From a virus, in the IMG/VR virus record IMGVR_UViG_3300002301_000012, positions 30,041-94,040 of that record: a DNA stretch of 64,000 bases; one strand, given 5' to 3'. Position numbers and translations under genes: made by a program. This document shows, in pieces, positions 55,226 through 64,000 of the stretch. Each line of letters begins with the position of its first letter. Within the stretch, counting starts at the first letter, position 1. The notes beneath the pieces are model-generated. The model was not told the origin of the DNA. It did no database searches and worked only from the letters and a program-made list of their open reading frames with translations.

Positions 55226-57052
55226 ATGAAGAAAAATAAACTTACACAAAAACCGCGCGAGAGTAACCTTGGCCTCATTCTCGCAGTTATAGTGATCGCG
55301 CTGTGCGTTATTGCACTTCCCGCGCACGGGCAATCAGTGGATCTTCAGCAGCGGAATATCGCGCACGGCGCGTCACTGCCAAGTAATTGCACTGTCGGCG
55401 ATGAGTTCGACCTGACATCGGCAACTGCGGGCCAGAACTATTATCTCTGCACTGCGAGCAATACTTTCACACAGCAGGCAGGCGGCGGGGGAGGAGGTAC
55501 ATCTGCCGTGTTTGCCGGATCTGCATCTCCTGCGCCATCTTTCTCTGCAACTCCGACTTTCTCACTCGCTGCGGTATCCAATCAGAGTCCGCTTCGCATC
55601 GAGCCTGGAGTTATGACAGCCAACGTCACTGCCGTTACATTCTCAAACGTGACGGCTGGTGCTAAGTTTTCAATTGCATGGACACAGGCTGCCTCTGGTG
55701 GCCCATATACCGTTACCTATGGCGGATCGACAGTTAATACATGCGCGATCTCACCGATTGCTTCCGTTATCACTGTGCAGGAATTCGAGGTTGGAAACGA
55801 CGGTTCCACCGTGAAGGGCACGTCGTGCTCGTCCAGTGAGACTGGTGTAATACGAAACGTGGAAGTCTCCAATCCTTCAGCGCCGAGTGCTGGCTATGCA
55901 CTGAACGGGGATTCGACCAACCATGTCCTGCACTACGTGGACAGCACACAGGCCAGCGTAACCGCCGTGCCCGTCACCTGCACGAACCAGGTAGCTACGG
56001 CACTGAGTGCGGCTGGTGTCTTCACGTGTACCTCGATCACCAGCGCTTATGTTTCAGGCACTACGGGAACCGGTAACTTCGTTTTGGCAACATCTCCTAC
56101 CTTGGTAACACCTGCTCTCGGTACTCCGGCCAGCGGTAACGCAAGCAACCTGACGAACCTTCCGATCACGTTGACAACTACCGGAACCAGCGGTGCGGCA
56201 ACATACACGCAAAGCACGAGCACGCTCAATATCCCGCAGTATGCTGGCGGATCTACAGGAACGGTCGGAGGCTGCGGCAGCGCGGGAATAAATGCGAAGA
56301 CTGGCAGTTATACCTTAACGTCCAGCGATGCTGGATACCTGGTTACCTACAACGGGTCTTCTCTCACAGCTACACTGTACGCATCGCCAGCGTCCGGGTA
56401 TCAAGCCTGCATCGAAAATCTGAACGCTTCCCCGTTGACGGTTGCCACAAATTCTCTTCAGTACAACACTGCGACAACATCGATCACGCTTCAGCAGTAC
56501 CAGACCATATCATTTTCGTCCAACGGAACCAATTATTTCGGCACTATACCGAGTGTGGCCGGAACTGGAAACTCATTTACTCAGGCCAGTAATGGACAGA
56601 CGCAGGCTGCGACCACTGCCTATCAACGTCGGTCTTGCACTTTCGACAATGATTTCATCGGCACAGCGATGGTCGCTGGTGACTTCACCGGAAAGTGTGT
56701 AGTTCCTTTTGCGGCTACCATTGTCGAGGTTGACGTAAGCGGCGGAACGGGAACCTCGACTGCGGCAACGGCACCAACGTATTCCGGAACCGGCTCCATT
56801 CAGATAGGTAAGCATGGGGCGTCGAACTCCACAGCACTGCTTTCCGGCGCACTGGCGACGGCTTCTGGTGTAGCGTGTGCATTGACCACTACATCGGGAA
56901 CATGCTTGTTCAATAACGCCATGACATCCAGTTCCAGTATCACAATTTCCACCACGACTCTTGCAGTCGGTGACCAGCTTTATATTCTTCCCGGCACGCC
57001 CGATGGAACACAGACTTGGTACAGCGTGACGGTAGTGTTCACGGCAAACTAA
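55226..57052 (+). CDS. Signal-peptide tail-fibre-like protein
   Basis: AHG|Q; LPSNCTVG...YLCTASNT; GTGNFVLATSPTLVTPALGTP; NAKTGSYTL..SD.G. Confidence 0.8.
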   Translation: MKKNKLTQKPRESNLGLILAVIVIALCVIALPAHGQSVDLQQRNIAHGASLPSNCTVGDEFDLTSATAGQNYYLCTASNTFTQQAGGGGGGTSAVFAGSASPAPSFSATPTFSLAAVSNQSPLRIEPGVMTANVTAVTFSNVTAGAKFSIAWTQAASGGPYTVTYGGSTVNTCAISPIASVITVQEFEVGNDGSTVKGTSCSSSETGVIRNVEVSNPSAPSAGYALNGDSTNHVLHYVDSTQASVTAVPVTCTNQVATALSAAGVFTCTSITSAYVSGTTGTGNFVLATSPTLVTPALGTPASGNASNLTNLPITLTTTGTSGAATYTQSTSTLNIPQYAGGSTGTVGGCGSAGINAKTGSYTLTSSDAGYLVTYNGSSLTATLYASPASGYQACIENLNASPLTVATNSLQYNTATTSITLQQYQTISFSSNGTNYFGTIPSVAGTGNSFTQASNGQTQAATTAYQRRSCTFDNDFIGTAMVAGDFTGKCVVPFAATIVEVDVSGGTGTSTAATAPTYSGTGSIQIGKHGASNSTALLSGALATASGVACALTTTSGTCLFNNAMTSSSSITISTTTLAVGDQLYILPGTPDGTQTWYSVTVVFTAN

Positions 57053-57592
57053 ATGAAACTATTTACGAATGGCTTTCCAAAGGCAGGAAATCACGCGCTG
57101 GTCAAGGCGTGCGAACTGCTCGGCGCAACGTGTGAGGTAAATCACTCCACGTTTGCCGAATGGCGTCCGGACGGCACATCGCATACCGTGATGATCATCC
57201 GTGATCCGCGCGACATCGTGATATCGTTTCTTCGGTTTAATGGTAAACAGGTAAATCCAGGTGAGTTCATGTCTGCGGTCCGCGAGTTTCGGCCCGATAC
57301 TTCTCTCGTCGGCGAACTAGCCAAATTTGAAGGATGGCTCTACAGCGATTCGCTGATCGTCCGCTATGAGGCTTTGATCACAGATGACAGAGAAATGCGA
57401 CGTATCGCGAAGTTCCTTGGACTTGACTATGAAGAAGGCGTGTGGGAGGATCTTCCTGGTCGAACGTGGACATGGAACGAAGTCCACTCGGACTATCGCA
57501 CCATCTGGAACGATGCGATCGAATCTGAATGGGCTGCGGTCGGTGGAAATCAGTTGCTGGAACGTTGGGGGTACGAACCGTGGAAATCCTGA
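57053..57592 (+). CDS. PAPS-dependent sulfotransferase
   Basis: GFPKAGNHAL (5'-PSB loop), IIRDPRDIVIS (3'-PB) and VRYEAL...RIAKFLGL. Confidence 0.85.
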   Translation: MKLFTNGFPKAGNHALVKACELLGATCEVNHSTFAEWRPDGTSHTVMIIRDPRDIVISFLRFNGKQVNPGEFMSAVREFRPDTSLVGELAKFEGWLYSDSLIVRYEALITDDREMRRIAKFLGLDYEEGVWEDLPGRTWTWNEVHSDYRTIWNDAIESEWAAVGGNQLLERWGYEPWKS

Positions 57593-59073
57593 TTCACACG
57601 CGACACAAAGAGCATCCATCCACTGTTAAGCCAGGCGACGTCATCACTATTCAACGGGACGGCTGGCCATGGAGTAAGATCGAGCGCACGCATCCGGAAT
57701 GGCGAATCATAAAAACCGGCGAACTGCACGGCACCCACGTCACATGTCTCCAGTCTTCTCCCGTGCTGAATCCGTGTTCGCACTTTCGCGCATGGGCTAT
57801 CGACTTCGACAAGCTATCCGCGGCCGATCAGTTCTGCGGTGCGCGGCGGTCCGTCTTTGTTGCGGTGGATGCCAAAGAGTTGCGGAAGGCCACTATCCAA
57901 AGACCGGACGTCTCTGATGTCGAGCCGAATCCTTCCCGTGTCGATCCACTAGTCGCCGCTATTCCATTTGCCGCCTCTCTGAATAAGCCATCGCGCAGGG
58001 GAATACTGAAAGGCATCCTCGGCGTATCAGCGCTGATGTTGATGCGACAGAAAGCTCAAGCAGGCACTGTCACGAGCACTATTGGGACTTCCAGCCGGAA
58101 CTATTCGACGATTGCCGCCTGGATCGCGAGCCTTCCGTCAAACGCAGTCACCGCAGGAAACAGTTACATCGGAGCCTGCTATAACGATTCCGAGTTCACA
58201 GGTACCGGAACGATTGCTACTTTCACTGCGATCACGACCGATTCCAGCCACACGATCACACTGACGGCGGCCACGGGTCAAAGTTTTCAAGACAATGCCG
58301 GGGTTCGGACCAACGCGCTGAAATACAACCAGTCAAATGGTGTCGGCGTTCGGAAGACTGACAACTATGCTGCGATTGTGCAGATTAGCGGCATAGTTAA
58401 TTATCTGACTTTAAGCAGGTTACAACTTAGCCGATCTGCCACAGGAGCGGGATCGGTCGTGCTACTCGACAACGTAGGATGCACAAATTTGCTATGCACA
58501 AATTTGCTATGCAATGTGGCAGGCAGCAGTGGTACTCCGTGGACCGTTGGCGTAACCGGTGGGTCGGTTGTCTGCTCCAATGTTCTGATCATCGTCAATA
58601 GCAGCAATGCTCTGACTTCTATATTTAATAATAATGGCGGACCTACTCTGTTTGTAGGGTGCTCTGCTGTCAGGCCATCGGACAAGACCGCCGGCGGAAT
58701 AGCCTTCACGTCTGCGGCCGGAAGCCCGACGCTTCAGTCTTCCTGTTCATTCGGATTCACCACCGCATCTTCAGGCACGTGGGGCGGCAGTTCTCAAAAA
58801 AATGCGACTGACCAAAGCAGCATAGCCGGAACCAGCAGTCAGACAAGCATTACCTACAGTTCGGCTACACCATTCCAGGACGCTGCCAGTACGGCGCTCG
58901 ATCTGAGGGCTATAGCCGCAACGTCTCTGGTCGGTAACGGTTATCTGGACTCCACCAACGCTCCGAATGACATCAGCGGATCTCCTCGACCGTCCAATCC
59001 GACCATCGGAGTATGGGAGGACAATCCGTTTACTCCGTCACCAGTACCACATCATAAGGTGGTCAGTAATTGA
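57580..59073 (+). CDS. Small phage domain fused to a Tat-motif beta-helix protein
   Basis: Internal SRRGILKG...AQA at 57991-58062; IGT..R.YSTI.AW; DI.G.PR...PTIG.WE. Confidence 0.75.
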   Translation: MEILIHTRHKEHPSTVKPGDVITIQRDGWPWSKIERTHPEWRIIKTGELHGTHVTCLQSSPVLNPCSHFRAWAIDFDKLSAADQFCGARRSVFVAVDAKELRKATIQRPDVSDVEPNPSRVDPLVAAIPFAASLNKPSRRGILKGILGVSALMLMRQKAQAGTVTSTIGTSSRNYSTIAAWIASLPSNAVTAGNSYIGACYNDSEFTGTGTIATFTAITTDSSHTITLTAATGQSFQDNAGVRTNALKYNQSNGVGVRKTDNYAAIVQISGIVNYLTLSRLQLSRSATGAGSVVLLDNVGCTNLLCTNLLCNVAGSSGTPWTVGVTGGSVVCSNVLIIVNSSNALTSIFNNNGGPTLFVGCSAVRPSDKTAGGIAFTSAAGSPTLQSSCSFGFTTASSGTWGGSSQKNATDQSSIAGTSSQTSITYSSATPFQDAASTALDLRAIAATSLVGNGYLDSTNAPNDISGSPRPSNPTIGVWEDNPFTPSPVPHHKVVSN

Positions 59074-62000
59074 AAGTAATTAGAATATCTGTTAGCGTTG
59101 TGGCGTTTTTTTTGGCGGTGTCCGCCTGTGCGCAAACTATAGGCTGGACGAAAGAAACCAACCCTGTACCGGGATACACCAATGGGGGATATGAAAACCC
59201 AACCGGAGCATACGATCCGGTGTCGGGGAGGAATGTTCTTCACGTTCTGAAGGTTTTCGGATCAAGCACGAGCTACGTTCATTTGGTAAATGGCTCTCCT
59301 ACCGTAACAAGGGTAAGCGGAGATTTTTTTTCGGCGATCTGGACGTGGCCGGATCAAATCTCTGTTGCCGGGTATGGATTCATGAAGGTCGCCTCTGGCA
59401 CCACACCGACTAGCTGCACTTCTGGAATTCCAATCTCATGCACTGTATTCACGGCTACTACCAATTTTACCGGAACCACCGGGAATTATACATGGACTGC
59501 AGCCTCAACCTCTATCTACAGTGATCTGTTTGGGTTTTATCAGGCTTCTACTAACTCATTCATAGCCGGTCCAGGATGGGGAAGTCTGCATCGTCAATGC
59601 TATACGGATTCATCCATTTACAACCTACCAGACGCCAGACAAGCAGGGAACTGGGCAACAGATACAAAGCGAAACCGTCTGTACCTTGGCGGAGGCGTCA
59701 ACAATGGTTGCCAATGGGATGTCACGACGAATGGCACCAGCACCGTGACGATAAACCTTGCGCAGGGACTGTATTTTATTCCAGGCAGCCTATATGTAGG
59801 CATACAAGTAGCCATTCCTGGAAACGGTTCTACCTACTATACGGTTGCCAGCGTGCCCGACGAGCAGCATATGACAATCAACTGCGGCGGATCGTATCCA
59901 GCATGTCCGAACGGTCCGGTAACAGCCTTTCTGGCTCCCTCCAACATGTATCCGGGGGGGATCAATCAGTTGACGGACATGGGATACCTTTCCCTTAACA
60001 GTGATCCGACCACTGATACATGGACCCAGTTGCCGCAATCCTCTGTGGCCGGATTCTCCGGTCCGTTTTACGTGACATCAATGGCCTATGATACCATCGA
60101 CGATGCCATCGTACTGTTCGGAGAAGTTGGCGGACATACCAGCACTTATGTGATGTGTTCGGCTGACGGTAACGTTGGCGGCACGCTGACATCTGCACAA
60201 TTGGCGGTTGGGTGCGTAACCAGTAACGTGTTCGTTCAGGTTACGACCAATACGCCGCCCCCTGGTTTGTACGATCCGTTTGTCACTTATGACCATGCAT
60301 TCGGCGTGATCTGGCAAACCGGAGGATCTTCTTTGATAACGCAAGCCACAAACCAGACTGATGTCTGGAAATACACGCCATCCACAAAAACATGGGCACA
60401 GATGAACACGACAAACCAGCCCTCTCAGACTAGCCTGGTAGAATTCTTTCCCCCTGTTATTTTTAACTCCTCGTCGGACTGCATCGTAACGCATGTTCCA
60501 GATGTGCCGCAGACGAAGCAATGGTGTCCCGCGATCAGCAACGCATGGGTGACGCTTACGGCATCTGGCTCCAGCATCCCAACTTGCTCAAACCCGGGTG
60601 GAGGAAACTGTGGAACGTCGGGAATTATGACGACATACGATCCGAACACCGGAAATTTTTTGGCTGTACAGCAGACGCTATCGGTTTACCCTAATATGTG
60701 GCAGGGGCAATTACCAGTGCCACCTACAATCACAAGTTCCTCGGCACTGACAACGGCAGTACAGGGATCTGTCTACACATGGACGTTTGTTGGCATAGGA
60801 GAGATGCCGATCACATGGTCTGTGTCTGGTGGCAGCCTACCGGCCGGCCTGACCCTGAACTCCAGCAGTGGGATACTTTCGGGCACTCCCTCAGTGCGTG
60901 GACTGTTTTCTTTCGTCGTGCAGGCGGCAAATGGGATTTCTCCGAATGCCACACAAAATATTACTTTGTTGATAGATCCACCTATCACTGATCTTGGAAT
61001 CGGCCACTCTACTTACAACTGTCTCGATGTAGACGGGGACGGTTACGGCGTTGGTCCCGGATGTCTGGGGCCGGATGCGGACGACAACGACGCCACCGTT
61101 CATTCCTATTCCGATGTGATCACAACGTATGGATCGCTTGCTACATTCTGGCTTCACATGGGATGGGCACTTACGGGAGTGTTGTACGTGGACGGCGGGT
61201 CTGGCAGTTGCGCTTCAGTTTCCACCCCTTTTACTTATTCGGCCACAACAGCCTGTGCTACCATTGACGCGGCCATAACGGCGATGACAGCGGGACAGGC
61301 GGTCGTCATGCGCTCGGTAACGCAGAACCGCACTACTCCAGTACAGCTAAAGGCCGGAACGCTGAGTGGAAGCACGTGCACAGCGTATTCGTACTACCTG
61401 GCTTACCCTGGCGAGCAGCCGGATTTTGAATATAATTCGGACTCCAATGGTGCCGGTTTTTCTTCTGGAACGCAAAGCTGCTTCGTGCTGGACGGCATGA
61501 AATTTTATCAGTCATGTCTTGCCAATAAGACTTGCAGCGGGGGCGGATATGGGATGGCAAATAGCACGACGGTCTATGGCATGACGTACAGCCACAACGA
61601 TGTGGGAGGCTTTACAGACAACATCTTTATCCAGTACAACCAGATGGGCACGCAGATAACTCATGATTACGTACACGATTCTTACGCTGGAGGCGATTTC
61701 GGACACGGTATCTATCTGGGAAGCAACGTAACCACCAGTTCCGGGACGACCATACAGGGGAACATTTTTCTGAACGCTGAACAAGCATGTATCCATGCAA
61801 ACGGGCCGATGACATCTATTCTGATTGACTCTAACATGATCTACGGATGCAACCAGGGTATATTGTTTCAGTCCGGGGTCGCTCACTCGACCGTGCAGAA
61901 CAACACACTGCACACAGTCGCTACGACACCATTCGAGTTGAATACCTACGCAAACTCGTACTCGACCAATCCATGGCAATGCCATGACGAGAACTACAAC

Positions 62001-62645
62001 CTCATCGTGAATAACACGATCTTCATGGACGGGCAAAGCTATAATACTAGCATCGTCACCGACGAGGACTCCGGACACGGCGACATCGAAGTCATAGATG
62101 ACGGCACCTGTCAGGCGCAGGCCGGGTATACTCCCGACCTCGGACACAACACGTACAGTAACAACCTGTTGGTACATTACTGCGGAACGAACTGCGTCGA
62201 TTACATCGGGCCGATTGTGCGGTACGGCGGAACACAAGACGTAACTTACAGGACTTCGGACACCTATTCAAATAACCTTTTGAATAACTACGATGCCGCT
62301 ACGCATATCATCGATCCATTGGATAACGTGGTATTCCAGAACTGTTCGTGGTTCGAGAACACGGCCAACATCCCATTGGCCAGTGGAACGGTTTGCGGCT
62401 CCAGCCCGCTTTTTGTTGCCGCGAATCCGCAATGGAACACGCTTCCGCAGAACTGGAATCTGGCAGTATACTCCACTTCTCCCGCTGTAAACGCAGCGCT
62501 GGCGTCCACCGCGCCGGCTTACGACATCGTGGGCAATATCAGGCAGAGCACGCCGACCATTGGTGCATACGACATGTCCTTAAACCAGTCGTATACGGGA
62601 GCGAGTGGATTCGGGTTCGTGTTCTCTGGCAGCGCGATTCACTGA
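59070..62645 (+). CDS. Signal-peptide multidomain protein: kelch-like propeller, Ig-like, DxDGDG Ca-binding motif, beta-helix
   Basis: ACA|Q; DVWKYTP..KTW; GSLPAGLTLNSSSG.LSGTP; CLDVDGDGYG...D.DDND; SPAVNA...DI.G..R...TIGAY. Confidence 0.85.
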   Translation: MKVIRISVSVVAFFLAVSACAQTIGWTKETNPVPGYTNGGYENPTGAYDPVSGRNVLHVLKVFGSSTSYVHLVNGSPTVTRVSGDFFSAIWTWPDQISVAGYGFMKVASGTTPTSCTSGIPISCTVFTATTNFTGTTGNYTWTAASTSIYSDLFGFYQASTNSFIAGPGWGSLHRQCYTDSSIYNLPDARQAGNWATDTKRNRLYLGGGVNNGCQWDVTTNGTSTVTINLAQGLYFIPGSLYVGIQVAIPGNGSTYYTVASVPDEQHMTINCGGSYPACPNGPVTAFLAPSNMYPGGINQLTDMGYLSLNSDPTTDTWTQLPQSSVAGFSGPFYVTSMAYDTIDDAIVLFGEVGGHTSTYVMCSADGNVGGTLTSAQLAVGCVTSNVFVQVTTNTPPPGLYDPFVTYDHAFGVIWQTGGSSLITQATNQTDVWKYTPSTKTWAQMNTTNQPSQTSLVEFFPPVIFNSSSDCIVTHVPDVPQTKQWCPAISNAWVTLTASGSSIPTCSNPGGGNCGTSGIMTTYDPNTGNFLAVQQTLSVYPNMWQGQLPVPPTITSSSALTTAVQGSVYTWTFVGIGEMPITWSVSGGSLPAGLTLNSSSGILSGTPSVRGLFSFVVQAANGISPNATQNITLLIDPPITDLGIGHSTYNCLDVDGDGYGVGPGCLGPDADDNDATVHSYSDVITTYGSLATFWLHMGWALTGVLYVDGGSGSCASVSTPFTYSATTACATIDAAITAMTAGQAVVMRSVTQNRTTPVQLKAGTLSGSTCTAYSYYLAYPGEQPDFEYNSDSNGAGFSSGTQSCFVLDGMKFYQSCLANKTCSGGGYGMANSTTVYGMTYSHNDVGGFTDNIFIQYNQMGTQITHDYVHDSYAGGDFGHGIYLGSNVTTSSGTTIQGNIFLNAEQACIHANGPMTSILIDSNMIYGCNQGILFQSGVAHSTVQNNTLHTVATTPFELNTYANSYSTNPWQCHDENYNLIVNNTIFMDGQSYNTSIVTDEDSGHGDIEVIDDGTCQAQAGYTPDLGHNTYSNNLLVHYCGTNCVDYIGPIVRYGGTQDVTYRTSDTYSNNLLNNYDAATHIIDPLDNVVFQNCSWFENTANIPLASGTVCGSSPLFVAANPQWNTLPQNWNLAVYSTSPAVNAALASTAPAYDIVGNIRQSTPTIGAYDMSLNQSYTGASGFGFVFSGSAIH

Positions 62646-62648
62646 GGC

Positions 62649-62677
62649 TTGCATATTTTTATTGCCTGATGTAATCT
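62649..62677 (+). promoter_or_regulatory. sigma70-like promoter TTGCAT-N17-TAATCT
   Basis: Read directly. Same -35 as the promoters at 804, 2524 and 63556. Confidence 0.6.
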
Positions 62678-62683
62678 GTAATT

Positions 62684-63042
62684 TCGCGGCTGAATCAGTT
62701 TCCGGTTAGCCATTCCGGTTCGCGTTTCGGCAACTCAGTCGCGGCCAGTTTTTAGCGCGGTGGAGAAGTCCGACCTGCGCCACCAAGATCCCACACACGA
62801 CGAGGGTGCGGGCGATGTAGGACGTAAGTAAAGGCAAGCGAGTACGACGGGCATGGTCAGTAGTCGGGATGGTTGCAAGCGCATTTCCGGCGAACAAAAC
62901 GGAGTGGTATCCGTCTGGAATAGACCTTAATGAACTTGACGGAATCGCCGGCTGAAGTCTGAGATAGCTGCCATCCGCCTATCAGAAGTCCAGTGAACCA
63001 CACTGGCAAACGAAGCGCCCCGGGAAACTGGGGCGCTTTCGT
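62684..63042 (+). ncRNA. Candidate ~350-nt structured non-coding RNA, family not recognised
   Basis: Lies between a promoter and a terminator, has no credible ORF, and contains at least six nested or serial stems. Confidence 0.55.
63010..63042. terminator. Probably bidirectional terminator
   Basis: acgaagcgccccgg-gaaa-ctggggcgctttcgt between convergent units. Confidence 0.75.
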
Positions 63043-63057
63043 CATTTCAGCCGCCTA

Positions 63058-63231
63058 CTACCGCCAGTTGCATCCCCAGCACTCGATCCCCGGATCGCTC
63101 GGATCGCAGAGTGCGCAGTGATTGCCGGTTTTCGGCGTTCCGATCTGTTTCAGCGACGCCTTTCCGTGTGTCGTTCCGGCGCTCATGGTTGCGACCGCAA
63201 GCAGCGCGGCCAACAGAATATTCGTTTTCAT
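63058..63231 (-). CDS. 57-aa secreted Cys-rich peptide
   Basis: Hand translation MKTNILLAALLAVATMSA|GTTHGKASLKQIGTPKTGNHCALCDPSDPGIECWGCNWR; AAGGAG RBS. Confidence 0.65.
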   Translation of the reverse strand: MKTNILLAALLAVATMSAGTTHGKASLKQIGTPKTGNHCALCDPSDPGIECWGCNWR

Positions 63232-63555
63232 TTGTATTTAAGTCTCCTTGGGTTTCCTGACGCCGAACGGGTCAGGTGTTTCGGTTGCGCTCAGTTGACG
63301 CGCACTTGTATAGTCGGCAGAATGGCGGAAGTTCTCCAGTCCGCAGTCGGATATATTTTCACGCAGCGAGTAAACACCCAGCGCAACTCAATTCGTGCGC
63401 CCGAATTACACCCTTGACCTGCGTGAAGTCCAGCGGTCACACTCTGGTCGAATGCACTTAATAAGCCACGAGCCGCGAGTGTGATTGCTCGAAGGAACTT
63501 TCGATGCAACATTTAAAAAAAATGCCGCTGGAAATCTCATCCTAACACAACCCGC

Positions 63556-63584
63556 TTGCATCCGTTGATAAGTTTTGATAAGGT
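63556..63584 (+). promoter_or_regulatory. sigma70-like promoter TTGCAT-N17-TAAGGT
   Basis: Read directly, upstream of the GGGGG RBS and ATG at 63607. Confidence 0.5.
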
Positions 63585-63606
63585 GAAGTCTGAACCGGGG
63601 GACATA

Positions 63607-64000
63607 ATGGAGAAAATCACAACACTGAAGCCAGAATGGAAAGAAGCGATCCCCGAGTGGAACAGGAAATGGATCACATCTGGACTGTCCACCAAACCTG
63701 CTGATTTTGAAGCGTTCGAGCGCGGTGCTAAAGAGTGCTACCGTTACGCTGGTATTTCATGGCCGGGTGTCGTGGTGCGTGTCTCGTCGCCGTTGGTCGG
63801 TGCATTGGCTGCGCCCATAGCAGCCAATGTCATTGCGCTTGCAAGAGCAGGATGCCTGGACCATCGCGCTAAACATAGCGAAGTGCTGCACGTGGACTCG
63901 GCGGTGGGCTCGGCGGTGGACTCGGCGGTGGACTCGGCGGTGGACTCGGCGGTGTACTCGGCGGTGGGCTCGGCGGTGGACTCGGCGGTGTACTCGGCGG
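63607..64000 (+). CDS. DUF6745-like phage protein with (V-x-S-A)n repeats, truncated by the window edge
   Basis: MEKITTLKPE...W...W...GLSTKPAD......CY..AG...P...V.SP, then the repeats. Confidence 0.75.
   Translation, partial: MEKITTLKPEWKEAIPEWNRKWITSGLSTKPADFEAFERGAKECYRYAGISWPGVVVRVSSPLVGALAAPIAANVIALARAGCLDHRAKHSEVLHVDSAVGSAVDSAVDSAVDSAVYSAVGSAVDSAVYSA
63892..64000 (+). repeat. 12-nt coding tandem repeat gtg(gac/ggc/tac)tcggcg
   Basis: Nine units are visible up to the window end. Confidence 0.95.

Noticed and set aside
46231-62645. Diversity-generating retroelement acting on the fibre genes
   Set aside because: No reverse transcriptase is present and I noticed no adenine-mismatched TR/VR pair.
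62750-62790. tRNA- or tmRNA-like segment ending CCACCA
   Set aside because: No cloverleaf or T-loop, so it is kept only as part of the unknown RNA candidate.
62755-62905. RNase P-like words (GAGAAGTCCG, ACAAAAC)
   Set aside because: Only partial matches, and the P4 pairing partner was not found.
63892-64000. Repeat array as a possible CRISPR
   Set aside because: The units are 12-nt in-frame coding repeats with no spacers.

Overview
The window is a 64-kb segment of a tailed dsDNA phage genome with a siphovirus-type tail. It is cut at both ends, and no integrase, replication genes or endolysin are visible. All protein calls rest on motifs I recognised by eye; no database search was run. 1-6.4 kb: leftward accessory genes, including a Dam-like methylase. 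6.4-10.2 kb: RHH, NinB-like, Ig-like, TerS and TerL genes. 10.3-18.5 kb: an ~8 kb accessory island separating terminase from portal, with two more DNA methylases and a J-domain protein. 18.7-46.2 kb: the morphogenesis module, comprising a portal/2H-phosphoesterase/MuF polyprotein with two inteins, protease-scaffold, major capsid, decoration, neck, tail tube, frameshifted chaperone, tape measure and a GTA-like tail tip (DUF2460, DUF2163, NlpC/P60, central fibre). 46.2-62.6 kb: an array of large fibre-like or glycan-active proteins, nearly all with export signals, plus a sulfotransferase. 62.7-64 kb: a candidate structured ncRNA, a secreted Cys-rich peptide and a repeat protein. The most unusual observations are: (1) the second intein has no sense-strand endonuclease but encodes an HTH + DUF559/Vsr-like nuclease on the opposite strand; (2) the accessory island carries fragments of the phage's own structural proteins, namely an internally deleted portal paralogue and a Tat-motif/capsid-C-terminus/tail-tube chimera, which may act as decoys; (3) tail-fibre-like proteins carry signal peptides and many cysteines; (4) a ~350-nt structured RNA lies between a promoter and a terminator; (5) an Acb1-like domain is built into the portal polyprotein.
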